Origin: Mobula birostris
Lineage: Eukaryota
Assembly (NCBI RefSeq): GCF_030028105.1
Contig: NC_092393.1
Location: 37,363,248-37,427,247, forward strand
Direction: 5' to 3'
DNA: 64,000 bases
The position numbers and the translations under genes were made by a program. Below the pieces are notes generated by a model. The model worked only from the letters and a program-made list of their open reading frames with translations. It was not told where the DNA came from and searched no databases. Positions 1 through 13,336 of the stretch are shown piece by piece (position 1 is the first letter of the stretch; each line of letters opens with the position of its first letter).

Positions 1-119
1 TTCCTGCCATCTCTACTCTCTCCCACCCCCCCCCCCTCCCCCCCCCCCCTATTTCCTGCCTGAGATCAACTTCCAACAACAGGCTCAGTCCTTTGCTCCA
101 ACCTCAATCCTCACTCCCA

Positions 120-242
120 ACTGAGCCTCTTGACCATGTCTGCATGCTTTTATGCATTGAGTTGCTGTCACATGATTGGCTGATTAGATACTTGTATAAT
201 AAGCAGGTGTATAGATGTATCTAATAAAGTGGCCACTAAGTG
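120..242. mobile_element. Terminal fragment of Tc1-family non-autonomous DNA transposon
   Basis: Ends CTAATAAAGTGGCCACTAAGTG then TA; clearly homologous to 61497-61612. Confidence 0.8.
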
Positions 243-323
243 TATTTAATGTGCAGATTGATCAGTATTTGAAAGATCAAGCAATTAAGGTGTGACAGAG
301 AGCTCTCGATAAATGCACTCCAT

Positions 324-346
324 ACACACACACACACACACACACA
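324..346. repeat. (AC)n microsatellite
   Basis: Direct reading. Confidence 0.95.
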
Positions 347-1132
347 AACATTTCCTTGTCATTCTGCTGATGTTGCACTGAGTGTGCGCACTTGGATGTC
401 TTACCCGGTATATTCTTATAATGGCGTTGGTTTAATGGTGCCTTTCTCACCAAACAGAGTAGAATATTCCACTTCTTTAGTAATAGGGATGTGTAAATGT
501 GTATATATTGTTTATATTCTGTATTTAAGGTGGATTCTTCTGTTTATTTTGTAGTATGACTGTAACTGTATTGTGGGGTACATCATATTCTAATTCATTT
601 GTAGTCTTAATTTAACTTTGTGGGTAATTAAAGATGGTACGTCCCCATGCTTAAAAAATGGGGTGGATCGCTCTTGGGGTTGGGGAGAGAAAGATTGAGT
701 TGCCAGCAGGTCACATCGGCCAAGTATAAGTACTTAACTATAATTGTGTTTTTTTTGGTAGATATCTTTTTGTGAATATTTGCAGTTTCCTTTTCACTAT
801 TTTTGTAAGTTTGATTTCTGACGCACTGAATAAATACCCTTGCATGAAAGTGCTGAGCAACTCTAGCCATTTCTGTTTTGGGGTTGAAACCGATGTTGTA
901 ACATAGGTTTTAATGAGAGCTGGCATAGAAGAGGAGCTGAGCCCATTGTAGTAAAGGTCATATTAAAATATAGGTCTGGCCTTGTGGGCCTACTCCTGCT
1001 CCTATTTTCTATTGTCAGATTTGGATGCCTGTTCTAAAATTTAATAAAATAGCTTTTAGGAATAATATTAGGAAACTGCTCTGTGCAGGGTGCAGTAGGA
1101 ATTTAATTCTACTTCTGAAAAATATGGATAAT

Positions 1133-1280
1133 AAACACCAGAAAGTCTGCAGATGCTGGAAATCCAAATACAAGATGCTGGAGGAACTCAGCAGGATCTA
1201 TGGAAATGAATAAGCAGTTGATGTTTCAGGCTGAGACCCCTCTGCAGAACTGGAAAAGAAGGGAGAAGACAGCAGAATAA
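1133..1280 (-). mobile_element. Penelope-like element tail with decayed hammerhead core
   Basis: Reverse complement reads CAGTT-CTGCAGA-GGGGTCTCAGCCT-GAAACATC-AACTG; homologous to the tail at 59640-59776. Confidence 0.75.
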
Positions 1281-2094
1281 TGGATAATGTTAGGTTGCAA
1301 TAATTTAAGTAGTTTTTAATAACCAAAGTTATTAGAAGATGTCAGGAACAGTTAGGGAGTTTGGTTGCAGATTAACCACAATCACATTGAATGGTGGATT
1401 GGGTTTTGAAAGCTGAAAAGTCCTAGACTAGCTCCTGTCTTCTTGATGTCATGCAACCTTTTAAATTCTGAAAGAGAAGACCAAAGTTTAATTTGTAATG
1501 TCTCATCCATGAAGCAGCCCAGATCTTCTAACATTGGAACAGTTTCTCAGCACAATACTGAATTGCTGAATTACGTATTTCTCCCACAATGAACTGACAA
1601 ACATTAGCATCATGAGTGGGAATACAACCTACTGGTAGATAATAAGATGAAAGAGGGAAAGCAGGCCAGGAGCAAGTGAAATAAAATTGAGAAAGATTTA
1701 AGAATAAGGGAGGCAAAATAGGAAATTTGCTGACGAAATGTTTCAAAACTAACACATTCTTCCACCATCTTGATTGATATATTGCAGGTACTTTTAATAG
1801 TTCTATGTCCAGACTGCCATGCACTGGCTGTCTGGTTATACACCATCAATTATTTTCAATAAGTGTATGACATTATATATACACATCAAATATATGACAC
1901 TGAACTTTTTAACATTCTTAGAGGGGAAACAATTATTTTTAAATGTGGAAAACTTAGGCAAACGAATGGCTATCATCAGGTGATGGATAATTAAAAGGAT
2001 AAAGATATAGGATTATCATTACATGAACTTATATAGAATGTGTTCAGCCACTTGGCTCAGTAAATTACAGATGCCCCTGAGCTCAGTGGTACTG

Positions 2095-2290
2095 TAACTG
2101 TGCAGAAGTCTAAGGCACATGTAAAAAAATTCTGTAAACCAAAGATGCTTTCAAAAATGTTCCTAAATAACAAAAATTATTACTACAAAGAGCAGTAAAC
2201 AGTAAAAGCCTAAATCAAATTAATATTTAGTGTGACCACCCTTCGCCTTTAAAGATGTATCAATTCTTTTCTCAATTCTCTTAGACACAT
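2095..2290. mobile_element. Tc1-like terminal fragment (second family)
   Basis: ACTGTGCAGAAGTCTAAGGCAC resembles the inverse of the terminus near 44190-44218. Confidence 0.5.
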
Positions 2291-2559
2291 GGTGGGAGGA
2301 AATATTATCAAGGTAGCCGTGATACTGTTTGGGCTTTTAATGGATGTCTGTGGTTAATCTATTCCCAAAGATATTGATCTGAAAAGGAAAGAGAAGCTTC
2401 AGAAATAGGGCAAGTGAAAATGAGATCAGATGTTCAAATGGTTCAATTTAATATCAGAGAATGTATACAGTATACAATCTAAAATTCTTACTCTTCACAG
2501 AGAGAGGGTGAAAATTGGAATAAAAACTGATAAAATTTCTGATTTCTGTATGTACGGAG

Positions 2560-3200
2560 GAAGCAGCCGCAATGTAGTCATCACTGTACCAGAAAAGGGA
2601 GTTGAGGGAGGCTCAGAGTTTGTTCTACGTATCCCACCAAAGACAGACACAGCTTGAGGCCCATACAAGTTCCCCTAACTACAAGTGAGTGGACTTGAAG
2701 GGGAAGTTCCTCGTTGTGAAAACAAGTTCTGCCAGGCAAATAAGTATGCTGATGGAGAGGAATTGGTTAGTTGAGTCTCTGTTGAGGGAAGAAGCAGAAA
2801 GCTCTCAGACCCTCCATATACAGGACGGTGGTCAAATGGGATTGTACATCCATGGTGAGGATGCATCAGTTTAGGGCCAGGAAAATGGAACTGTCAATGT
2901 CTGCGGGCATCCAAGGTATCATGGATGTAAGGGACTGGACAAGGGATAAAGAGTAGAGTTAAAATAGGAAGAATTAATGGGGTAAGAGCAGACTGAAACA
3001 ATGGGTTCATTAAGCCAGTCCTACTCGTAGAACTGGGCTGGGGCACTGCAAAGTTGGGAAATATAGGGGTTGGGTGAAAAGGGGTAAGATCTTCCAAGGA
3101 AGTGAAAAATACGACTGTGCAGGAGACAATAGCCTGTGGTTCAATAATAGGGCCCTAGTCGAGAGGGAGGTACGATGATTGTTTTGAGATATGACATTTG
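2560..3200 (-). mobile_element. Decayed Penelope-like reverse transcriptase fragment
   Basis: Frameshifted minus-strand translation gives FPGP..LTMDVQS..EGLRAF..LAELVFT.RNF..GT.MG...VGYVEQ, characteristic of PLE RT. Confidence 0.7.
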
Positions 3201-3300
3201 CATCTGGAATTTAGAGGTCAAAACTGTGCCTCCCTGATTGGAACATTTGATAACAACTTCAGGAAGGAACATCCATTGTTCCACCTAGTCTTCCACAAAA

Positions 3301-3570
3301 AAGGCATCCGTTAGTCTTGCGAGACCATGATCTCCAGGGCGCAGGCCTGGGCAAGGTTGTATGGAAGACTGGCAGTTGCCCATGCTGCAAGTCTCCCCTT
3401 TCCATGACACCGATGTTGTCCAAGGGAAGGGCATTAGGACCCATACATCTTGGCACCAGTGTCGTCGCAAAGCATTGTGTGATTAAGTGCCTTGCTCAAG
3501 GACACAACACGCTGCCTCAGCTGGGGCTCGAACTCAGAACGCCTTAACCACTTGGCCACGTGCCCCACAT
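3301..3570 (-). mobile_element. tRNA-derived SINE with 12-bp TSD
   Basis: Minus strand has A box TGGCCAAGTGG and B box GTTCGAGCC. TSD TCTTCCACAAAA at 3289-3300 and 3571-3582. Second copy at 9203-9484. Confidence 0.85.
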
Positions 3571-4640
3571 TCTTCCACAAAACCTCCTTTTTGCAGTATT
3601 TTTCTTTCAAGTATCTAGCATCTGCAATTTTTATTAATTTTCATCTGGTTAATTAGTTTGAACAATTGCAAAGAAAAATGACAAGCTGCTTTTAGGCATA
3701 AAGAAACGAGAAATTGAACCTTTCAAAGGCAATTTTGGGCTATTCCTGTGTGCTTTCCAAATGTGGAGCTGAGGTCACAATATATAACTGATTTATTTAG
3801 GAACAGTGTAAGACTACAGTTAAATAAATCGATGGGTTCCAGCTGCACCCAAGGACTTCAACATGCATCCAGACATGCAGCTCAGTACAAATCCATAGAG
3901 TTTCTCAGAGGTTTCTCTTTTCATCTGTAGCCACAAAGATAGTTTCAACATTTGCCCTTTTTAAAGTTAAGAAATACAGATTGGAAATGCCTTTTTGATT
4001 ACTGTAGTTAATGTTCTATGAGAGAACATAATTTGCTGATTGGTTGGAAATTTAAAGAACTTTCCTTAAAGGGTTTTTTTGTCAAAGTAATGAAAAAAGG
4101 GTAAAGAAAAGGAGGGGAAGATAGGAAAGAAAGGCAGGTAGTTTATATTTTGTGCATCTCATGTAAGGGTGGATTTTATTTTTGGAGGAGCAATTTGTTG
4201 TTACGAAAGGATTATTAGATTTTCTGGTTTTTCAAGAGAGCTGTTTTTAAGACATGGATCCACCCTACTGATTCAAACACTGTTTCTTGGTGCTCGAGGC
4301 TGATGTGCACAAGCAGTATTGAGCAATTCCTGCATTGCTCCTTGACCAAGAGCCTTCAACCAGAAATGTTAACACTTTTTTTCTTTATTCACAGCTGTTG
4401 CCTGACCTGCTTAGGGGTTTCAGCACTTGTTGTTTCTGCTTGAGTTTTTTAGCATTTGTAGTACTTTTCGTAAGTTGTGGCCAAAAAAGATCCCCTGCTA
4501 TTTCAGTTTTGAAGAGGAGTTGGAGTTTTACCCGGTATCCTGACTTCTAGAAAGATCACAGGTCATATCTAATTTGAAATCTTTCATTTGGCACTCACAT
4601 GCCCATATGATAGTGATTTAATACAACACATGTTTATTAT

Positions 4641-4829
4641 AAACAAGGAAGTCTGTAGATGCTGGAAATCCTAAGCAACGCACACATTTGGGATCGATGG
4701 GCACTGATTCAAAAAGTGGTGATTCTTGATAACCCAAAATCCTGAAGAAGAGTCTAAACATCAACTATCTATTCATTATCATATATACTGCCTGACCTGC
4801 TGAGTTCTTCCAGCATTTTGTGTGTGTTA
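4641..4829. mobile_element. Two oppositely oriented Penelope-like tail fragments
   Basis: Minus-strand piece at 4641-4686 and plus-strand piece at about 4738-4829 of the same tail family. Confidence 0.65.
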
Positions 4830-4921
4830 CTTTTTTACTGACCACTGTTTCTCATACTGACCTGCTAACTTCTGCTGTTACAGTCTATCATCTGAGATTG
4901 TAAAAATTTCCATTGTGCTTT

Positions 4922-5190
4922 CCATAAGACCATAAGATATAGGAGCAGAAGTCAGCCATCCGGCCCATCGAGTCTGCTCTGCCATTCAATCATGGGCTGA
5001 TCCGATTCTTCCGGTCATCCCCACTCCCCTGCCTTCTCCCCATACCCTTTGATGCCCTGGCTAATCAAGAACCTATCTATCTCTGCCTTAAATACGCCCA
5101 GTGATTTGGCCTCCACAGCCACTCGTGGCAACAAATTCCACAGACTTACCACCCTCTGATTAAAGAAATTTCTCTGCATCTCAGTTCTAA
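4922..5190 (-). mobile_element. CR1 LINE 3' fragment
   Basis: ORF2 C-terminus [33 protein letters not shown], and a (TCTTATGG)n tail. Confidence 0.9.
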
Positions 5191-5237
5191 AAAGAAGTTC
5201 GATGCTGAAGTCGTGCTTTCTTTGCAGATCAGTCGGG

Positions 5238-5474
5238 ATGCCCAAACTGGAGGGGTTTGATTTCTGGAGGACAACGCTAAATGGTGCACGATACGTGGTT
5301 GCTCCAATGGTGGATCAGAGTGAGCTTGCATGGAGGTTGCTTAGTCGTCGCCATGGTGCCCATCTCTGTTACACACCCATGCTTCATGCTCAGGTGTTCG
5401 TGCGGGATGCAAATTACAGAAAGGAGAACCTGTACAATGAGACAAACGCAGAAGATCGACCACTCGTCGTTCAG
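5238..5474 (+). CDS. DUS1L: DUS1L coding exon 1 (exon begins 5228; ATG 5238): [10 protein letters not shown]...[45 protein letters not shown]...DRPLVVQ
   Basis: Translation closely matches the vertebrate DUS1L N-terminus (APMVDQSE motif). AG acceptor at 5226-5227, GT donor at 5475; 237 nt, phase 0. Confidence 0.97.
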
Positions 5475-5921
5475 GTATTGGGCTTAGAGCAATTATAACA
5501 GGAATAAAGCAAAACTATACCTCACTGACATTTGAACTTGACCTCTTCACACTCCTTCTATCGCTGAATTGTAACATCATTCTGTCTATTGATTTAATTT
5601 AAATACATTGAGCATATTAACAGAAAAATATGAACTAAAATGTTTATAATTTATTTAGCTTCAATAACCCAGTAACTATTTCCATTTAGTGTCCCATTTA
5701 CAATAACAAGAAGACTTCCCTGTGTTTCAGATGGATCACCCGAGTGTAGGTGAAATTGGGCAGATGGATTGCACATCTGTAATTGAACCTGTCTCAATGT
5801 AATCCTTTGTCCACTGCAGCTAGATCATCCAATATTCCTGGTTACTAAAAAACCTAGTGAAATATCAGTCTGATTGCATTACCTATTTTTAATATGTCTT
5901 ATTGTCTTTTTTTGTTTTAAG

Positions 5922-6030
5922 TTCTGTGCAAATGACCCAGAAGTGTTTGTCCAAGCCTGTTTGCTCGCTCAGGATTACTGCAATGCCATTGATCTCAACC
6001 TGGGTTGTCCACAGATGATTGCAAAACGAG
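5922..6030 (+). CDS. DUS1L: DUS1L coding exon 2: [36 protein letters not shown]
   Basis: Contains the Dus-family NxGCP catalytic cysteine motif; AG/GT flanks; 109 nt. Confidence 0.97.
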
Positions 6031-6385
6031 GTAGCTGAGGATTTTTTCTGTTTATCTGATGTACTAAACTGCACTAATGCTGACATGAAATTTAAAAAAA
6101 ACACCATTTTTTCAGCCAATTACATCATGGCATTTTGGTCATTAGAGTGGTGCAATGTATAAGAAATTTTTGGTTGAACTGTTAGCACTCTAGTGTGTAA
6201 AAATGGTCGGAATGTTACCAATGAGTCATTGACTATGTTTATATATTGTAAAATTTGTTTGAGGATCTGAAACAACACAAACTATAAATGTGAAAGAGTT
6301 AAATCCTAAAGGCCAAAAGCTTTGATAAGCATAAAATATGTTGAAGTACTAGCAATGCAGGAAGTAGTTTAGTCTTAATTTGCAT

Positions 6386-7320
6386 TTCTGGTCAAGATGG
6401 CACCAGTGAACAACGATTCCAAGGGGAACATCTTCCAGATAGTAAAACATTCCAATTATTTCACTCTTTCTACACCTTCTGCTTGTTCTTTTTGTCTTGC
6501 CTGTGTTATGGAAACTGTTGGAGCCTGTGATGTATAATTTGGAACTTGATCTCCTATGTCTGGAGAGTTGTCTTGTGGAGCTCAGAGACAGGGGGCCGAA
6601 AAGTTCCAAGACCACAAGCCGACTCGTGGAAAAGACTAGAGATGAGTTGCGGGGTCATGAATGACTCCATCCCAAAGCAGCGAGGAAGATTGAAGCATTG
6701 GGGTGAATGCGGAGGGGATCAGCAATGGCTTGGCTCAAGACAGTCGGCAGCCAGGTCAGCACGTTTGGACCCAGTTCGGCGTGTTTGGGCCTAGTTGGGC
6801 GCCGTTCAGCCCTGGATTGGCGGTGTTAGGACCCAGATCAGCAGTTACTCTTTAAGGATGGACTGCGTTTGTGTGGCTGCTCTCCTTGTATGCAACGAGA
6901 AAACGTTTCCCACATTCTGAGTTTTATGTAATTATTGGACTGTACTTTATGTTAGTTTCTTTCAGTTTTTCAGTGTTTTCTTTCGTGTGGCAGGTGGATG
7001 ATCTGTTAATTTTTTTGTGTGTTGGGGGGTTGAGGATTTGGTGCTACTGTCACTGTTCTTTACTGCAAGTGAGGTGGTCGGGAATTATTATGTGTTGAGG
7101 ATCATTGATTTTGTGGGGTTTTTTTGTTGCGGACAAGGGGGGTATTTTGGGGTCTGCAAATTTTGTTTCTTTTTCATGCCAGTTGAGGGGGGTGGAGTTG
7201 ATGTCTTTTCTTTCATCAACCCTCATGGTCTTTCTTTATTTAATGGCTATCTGGAGTAGACAAATATTGGAGTTGTATTATAAATGCATACTTTGAGAAT
7301 AAAATGAAACTTTGAACCTT
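6386..7320 (+). mobile_element. Non-autonomous retroelement starting TTCTGGTCAAGATGGCACC, with Rex1-like tail
   Basis: Same 5' end as the minus-strand element ending at 42778; ends AATAAA...TTTGAAC. Confidence 0.55.
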
Positions 7321-8778
7321 TTAATATTTTTATTTAAATATTGCATCTATGTTAATATCAGAACAACAGTTTTGGAAGTTTTTTTGTGCTTTTATAGACC
7401 GGGCAAGCAAACGTTAAATTGTTTATGAACATTGCCTGATTCTTCCTACTTCAGTCTTGAAACACTGTATTTATGCATGCATAGAACTAAAGATCTAATA
7501 GTATGGTGAGAGTGTAAATCAGCAAAAAGTCTGAATGTGAGCATGCTACATAGGGTTGGAGAATGGACACAAAGTTGATGAATGTTGTGATTATGATCTG
7601 ATTGGAATATGTGGTTTATTTTTACTAAGGTTTTTGGAACACTTGCCAATTGTCAAGTGAAAGCCTTTCATGCATTATATTCATTTAGTAACATCCATTT
7701 CTTGTTTTTGCTTCACTTAAAAAAATAGCAATTACAGAGTATGGAATACTTAGATTAAAATGGATTGTGATTATTTGTCTATCCCCTGGGATTGAGGTCC
7801 ATCTAATGAATGTTGTTGGGAATGCAGATAGTGGTGTACATACTGCATACCAAATAACATATATAATCAGAAGTGATCTAAATTCACATCTAAAAATAAT
7901 ATTGCACACAAAGTGCATGTTTTAATAGAAAAAAAGTCAGTCACTTCTGTAAATGAAGCTATATCTGAACTACAGTTTTGCACAACCAGTTGAATAGATC
8001 AACTGCAATTTAGTTCAAGTTTGAATAGCTAAGTCTTTCCTTGGAGTGCTAATCCTTTAGGAGAATGTAACTATTAGAAAATTAGTGCATGTTGGTGGGA
8101 TGTAAGTAGCATTTAATAAAATTGGGGAAATGTCATTGACTTACTGTAGTATTTATTGACGTTAAAACTGCCTTAAAATATCAAAAAAGAGAACTGACCT
8201 GTCTTGATTTTTTGCTTATGATCATTTATCTACTTCAATACATTTGGTATATGTTAGAGTGCAAAAAGAAAATAATTGAATTCAAGAAACTCTATGGTAA
8301 CACGAAGTTCATTTCCTCGGCATTAATCTCTCAAATATTTGGCAGTCTTCATATGAGCTTCCGTTTCTTTTCTTGATATATTTTCATAAAGCCAAAATCT
8401 ACAAAAGGATTAAAAGGATGTATTTTATATTTTTTGATCAGCAGCTAAGGTCTTTTCTACTGCGCTAAATCAAATGTGATCTTACTCAACTTAAAATATA
8501 CCATTAACTAATTGCTGTATAATTAGTGGAAATAATTAAAAGCCTGAACATAAATGAGATAATGAAGAGAATTTGCAGGTGACACATTTTATAAATTTAT
8601 ATTAATGTGTGGCGAATCCTCTAACATTCCACTTGGCTCTCAGCTGCTGCTGAGAACCACGCTCTTTAACAGAGACTGCAGAAACACTCATCCTTTTGAA
8701 ATAATACCTCTCTTTTAATCAGCAAGGTATTTTGCGGGGTATATGACAATAAATGTATGTGTTTGCTCTTGTTTATAG

Positions 8779-8829
8779 GGCATTATGGAGCATTTCTACA
8801 AGAAGAATGGGACTTGCTACACAAAATGC
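8779..8829 (+). CDS. DUS1L: DUS1L coding exon 3: GHYGAFLQEEWDLLHKM
   Basis: tttatag acceptor and gtgagt donor; 51 nt; phase consistent. Confidence 0.96.
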
Positions 8830-9202
8830 GTGAGTAGTTAGTTTAAAAATTAAAAATTTATTTGCAGGCCCTCTTCAGTTTCTTTAGGTAATTTGTGATC
8901 TATCTGTTAGCGTTTTTCATTATTTCCTTGAAATTACTGAAACCCTTTCCAAGATGTACACAATTTGAGTGGAACTACACAATGAACAATTTTTCTTGCT
9001 TTAGCATTTGCCCCCAAGTATAGTGTTACAAATGCACTCAAACTAAACCAATCAAATGAAGAATTTTATGAAGGAGGACGTGCTAAAGTTATGCCATCCT
9101 CAGATAGTCTGTACAGCATGTATTCTGCAGTTTAAATCTGCTTAATAAAATCAGGCTGTTTCTGAAAATTCAGAAGCATAAATAGATCGCTTAATTCACA
9201 AG

Positions 9203-9484
9203 AGGCATTCGTCTAGTGATTCAAAGGTCGCTAGTTCGAGCCTTGGCTGAGGCAGCGTGTGTGTCCTTGAGCAAGGCATTTTACCACACATTGCTCTGCG
9301 ACGACACCGGTGCCAAGCTGTATGAGTCCTAATGCCCTTCCCTTGGACAACATTGGTGGCATGGAGAGGGGAGACTTGCAGCATGGACAACTGCTGGTCT
9401 TCTATACAACCTTGCCCAGGCCTGCGCCCTGGAAACCTTCCAAGGCGCAAATTCATGGTCTCCTGAGACTAACGGATGCCTATA
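9203..9484 (+). mobile_element. tRNA-derived SINE (same family as 3301-3570), 5'-truncated
   Basis: B box GTTCGAGCC; body and 3' end GAGACTAACGGATGCCT shared with the first copy. Confidence 0.85.
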
Positions 9485-9833
9485 ACATGCCAGCTCAGAA
9501 GGTATTTCAGTGGAAGGGGAAGTGAAGAGAGGAAAGGAGAAACAACTAGTCTCTAATTTTATAAACAAGAAGGTGGAATTTTAACTGTCTTTTAAAAATA
9601 ACACATTGATGTACAGATGTTTGTCGGAGGTGGTAGAGCAATTTTAAAACTACAGCCTCTGACTTTAGAAGAGAATTTGGAAAACACATTTAATAAAAAC
9701 AGCTGGGTGACATCCTGATGTATTTAACTGTAGAGGCTTAAGAGTAAATACTTGCTTATGTCATGGAATGAGATTAAACGGAGGACGACTTAAGAAAAAT
9801 AAATAATGCATTCAATTTGTTCTGTTTTCTTAG

Positions 9834-9946
9834 TTTCTGAGGCACATAAGAGAATCTCTGTTCCTATCACCTGCAAAATTCGTGTCTTCCCAGAAGTCAG
9901 TAAAACTGTGCAATATGCAAAAATGCTGGAGAAGGCAGGTTGTCAG
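9834..9946 (+). CDS. DUS1L: DUS1L coding exon 4: [38 protein letters not shown]
   Basis: PxTCKIR motif; AG/GT flanks; 113 nt. Confidence 0.96.
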
Positions 9947-11094
9947 GTAATTAAAATACTTATTTTACTTTCTAATAATCTTGATTGTTGAACTTTGGAA
10001 AATATGTGGCGTATGTTTAGCACATATTTGGATGTGATTGTAACTTGTAAATTGGCAGTTTGGCTCAGCCTATAGTTTCCCACCCGAGTGAGAAAATTGG
10101 TTTCAAATGCATTATGTGGTCAGGGTTCTGAATTTTTGGAATACTTTAAGAAATATTTGACAATACATAGGGTTTATTCCTGTACTGTGTCATGTTTGGA
10201 GCCATATTTTACTCAGCAATGCAAAGTGGAAGTCCATAAGTAATTATAGGTAACTATATAATATAGTTTACACACAGTTAGCAAAGTCAAAATCTGAGCA
10301 TTTGGACAATTGGAATGTTCCCTTGCACAATTAGTGACTTATCCTAACCAAGTATTGTTGTTAACTGCTATTGAATATTTCAGATATGTACAATTACTTA
10401 CTTCAGCTGAAGCTTGAGATGGTTCATGTAAGCAATGGATGATTTTTTAAATGACCTAACCATGCACACTATGGAACTAATATGTCTGGAATTTTGATGT
10501 TGTGAATTTTAAATCATGAAAAATTAACTGAAAGTCTTGTGTTGTAATTGATTTCAAATATTTTCCTCCACAATAAAAGCTGTAACATAGTAATGGTGTA
10601 TTATATTAATTGTTTAAGGAAAAGATTGACATGTTGCTCAGAGACTGGATCAAAAATCGAGGTCAAACCAATGTGATTAAATACAAGTTTCTTATTGCAG
10701 TATGCACCTACATTGATAAACCTGCATTCACTCTGTTTACTTTGCATGGGTATGGATTTTAAACACAGACCTACCTTAATCCTAAATGTATTAAAACTTG
10801 GTGGACTTTATGAATTTGTTTAACCTCACTTTGGGAATCTAGTTCCATTTGAAAATATGGAAGGTGAGATGCATTCACTTTTCAATGATTAGCCCTAATA
10901 ATCAGATGTGTTAAATCACAGTCAACAGAAATTCAAAGCCTTTAATGGGGCAAAGATAATGGCTTTCTCTACATTTCAACCAAACTTACTATATTTTGTA
11001 GCTAAACAAAAGAAGTATGTTGCTTGTCATGCTCCTTCCAAATGTTCTGATTTTATAATGCATATGTAATGAAAAAAATTCCAATCCTTTTCAG

Positions 11095-11177
11095 CTGCTA
11101 ACTGTTCATGGTCGTACAAAGGAACAAAAGGGGCCCCTGACTGGAGTGGCTGATTGGGAACACATAAAAGCTGTGAG
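11095..11177 (+). CDS. DUS1L: DUS1L coding exon 5: [27 protein letters not shown]
   Basis: VHGRT motif; gtaagt donor; 83 nt. Confidence 0.96.
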
Positions 11178-11449
11178 GTAAGTAGCCAATAATGTTGTGC
11201 ATGATAATAGGTAACAAGTATATTCATTCTTATCCTCTTCCTCATCTGCATAGTGGGTGGAGCCTAGTTACAAATGAAATCTTGGCTCATTTTTGGTCAT
11301 GTTGTCATAGTTGTTCAATTAAAATTTATAGCTTGTTCAGTTTTCACTTGATCTGACTATGAATAAATTATTTTAATCTTGTGAAAGTTATAAAATTTGG
11401 ATTTCAGAACTACCAATGCTATGCTCTCACCTTGAATATCATATAAAAG

Positions 11450-12065
11450 TCTCAAGGTCAAGTTCAGTTAGTTGTCATTTGACCGTATACATGTATAGCA
11501 TGACACGAAATAACGTTCCTCTGGACCAAGGTGCTCAGCACAGTACATATAACTCACACACAACACATAAAGAAATATTACCACAAATAAATTAACAAAT
11601 AATAAGATGCATTTACGACACGAGTTACAAAGTAAACAGTATAATACCACAGGTGCTTCATAGGTTATGAGACCTGGATGATGGCAGGAAGGTTAGTAAT
11701 TTTATTGCCTGGGGAAAAAAGCTGTTTGCCATCCTAATAGTTCTTGTCCTAATACTGTGGTACCTCCTGCCTGATAGTAGGGGGGGTCAAAGAAATTGTT
11801 GGATGGATGTAAGAGATCACTGACAATGTTAAGGGCCCTACGCATGCAGCAGGAGAGACCTCATTAATCCTCTCAGCTGTCCTTGCAATCCTTTGTTAGA
11901 ACTTGCAGTCATATTCCTTGCAATTCCTTTACCAGGCAGTGATACAGCTAGTCATGTCACTCTCAGTGGTGCTCTTCTAAAAATAGATTAGAATGGGGGT
12001 AGGGGGAGTCTTACTTTCTTCAGTCTCCTCAGTAAGTGGAGACAGTGCTCTGCCTTCTTGACCAA
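11450..12065 (-). mobile_element. Rex1-like LINE 3' fragment
   Basis: Minus strand encodes a decayed LLSGRRY-type C-terminus and a TTGAAC/TTGAC tail. Confidence 0.7.
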
Positions 12066-13336
12066 AGAGACATTAAGTATGAGTGTTTCTTTATTTTAAT
12101 GTTAATTTTAACCTTCCGCTGTGCAAATCTCCATACATTAAAGATAGTGCTGACTCTTTCGCATTCATGCATTATTTTTCAGATTTCTTCCCATCTCCTC
12201 ATAAAGAATTATGGGTTGCTCTTTCACGTGATTTGTTCCTAGTAGACCCATAATACATAGTGGAAAACAATTTTCCTACTTCATCATTTGCCTACAAGTT
12301 CACTACATTACATATGGAAAATATATGTTAAGAAAACTATTGTAAAGAACTTTAATAATGGGAGACTTTAGTTGGTCTTTCTGTGTCAGTATGTGCAGCA
12401 TAAACTGTACAGATTAAAGCTGTTTAATAAAAGCAGGCTGTTTATGGTCATTCAAAGCACAAAGTTCAATTCACAAACCACACACTGTTCAGCTCAGCAA
12501 ACACCTTCAGTAAGTGCAGTATAAAGAAGTGAAGTAAAGGAGAGGAGCAATTGTTTGTCCCTGACTAGAAAGTATTCATATTAGCTATCTCTCAATAATT
12601 GCTTTTTTTTTCTACAATTCCTTAAATTTCATGTCACTAAATCCCTGTGTATCTGTTAGTGCATATTATTTAACATGGGGAGCTAATGTTCATCACTTTT
12701 GCTGGTCTCTCCTTTGCTCATTTAAAACTATTCTCTCATGAAGGCATGCAGTAGCTCTGCAGTTTTACTCTTTCCCCCTTTTATCATTGCCTCTCCTTTC
12801 CAGTATTATGTTCAGATAAAAATTGGGGGGAAAAAATTGAAGTCAAAGTTCTAGGACTGTGAGTTCTAAAAGAAGTTTGCTCACCTAAAATTTCAGTGGC
12901 ATGAAGGATTACTAGGTAGTGAAGGAGCATCATATACATTATTTTTTTCCCTACGGGATTAAAGGTTGTAGGCAAAATGTGTAAGCAGCCTATTTGATTT
13001 GGACTAGGGAATACAGTATACTGGATTAATAATACTCAAATGAAAATGGAAATTTGACAATTTTCTTCTAGAACAAAATATTTGTAAAATAGCTTCCTGG
13101 TAAAGCTTGATTCTGTCAGTTTATTCATTCATTGGGCTATTTCCATATTGTAATACTTGGTTATCTTTTAACAAAGTGTTCTGACAAATTACAGTTAACA
13201 GCTTCCACTTAAATTTAAAACTTAATATACGCAAGTAAAGACACATTTGATATCATTCTGCTACACTGATAATCAAACATTAATGTGATACCTAAATATT
13301 TTCATAAAATAAGTGGAATAATTCTGTTCAACGCAG

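Noticed and set aside
1-5227. DUS1L promoter or first non-coding exon
   Set aside because: No CpG island or supportable exon is visible; it probably lies upstream of the window.
5202-5498. ORF-track 98-aa ORF as a single-exon gene
   Set aside because: It is DUS1L coding exon 1 read through into flanking intron; the conserved start is ATG 5238.
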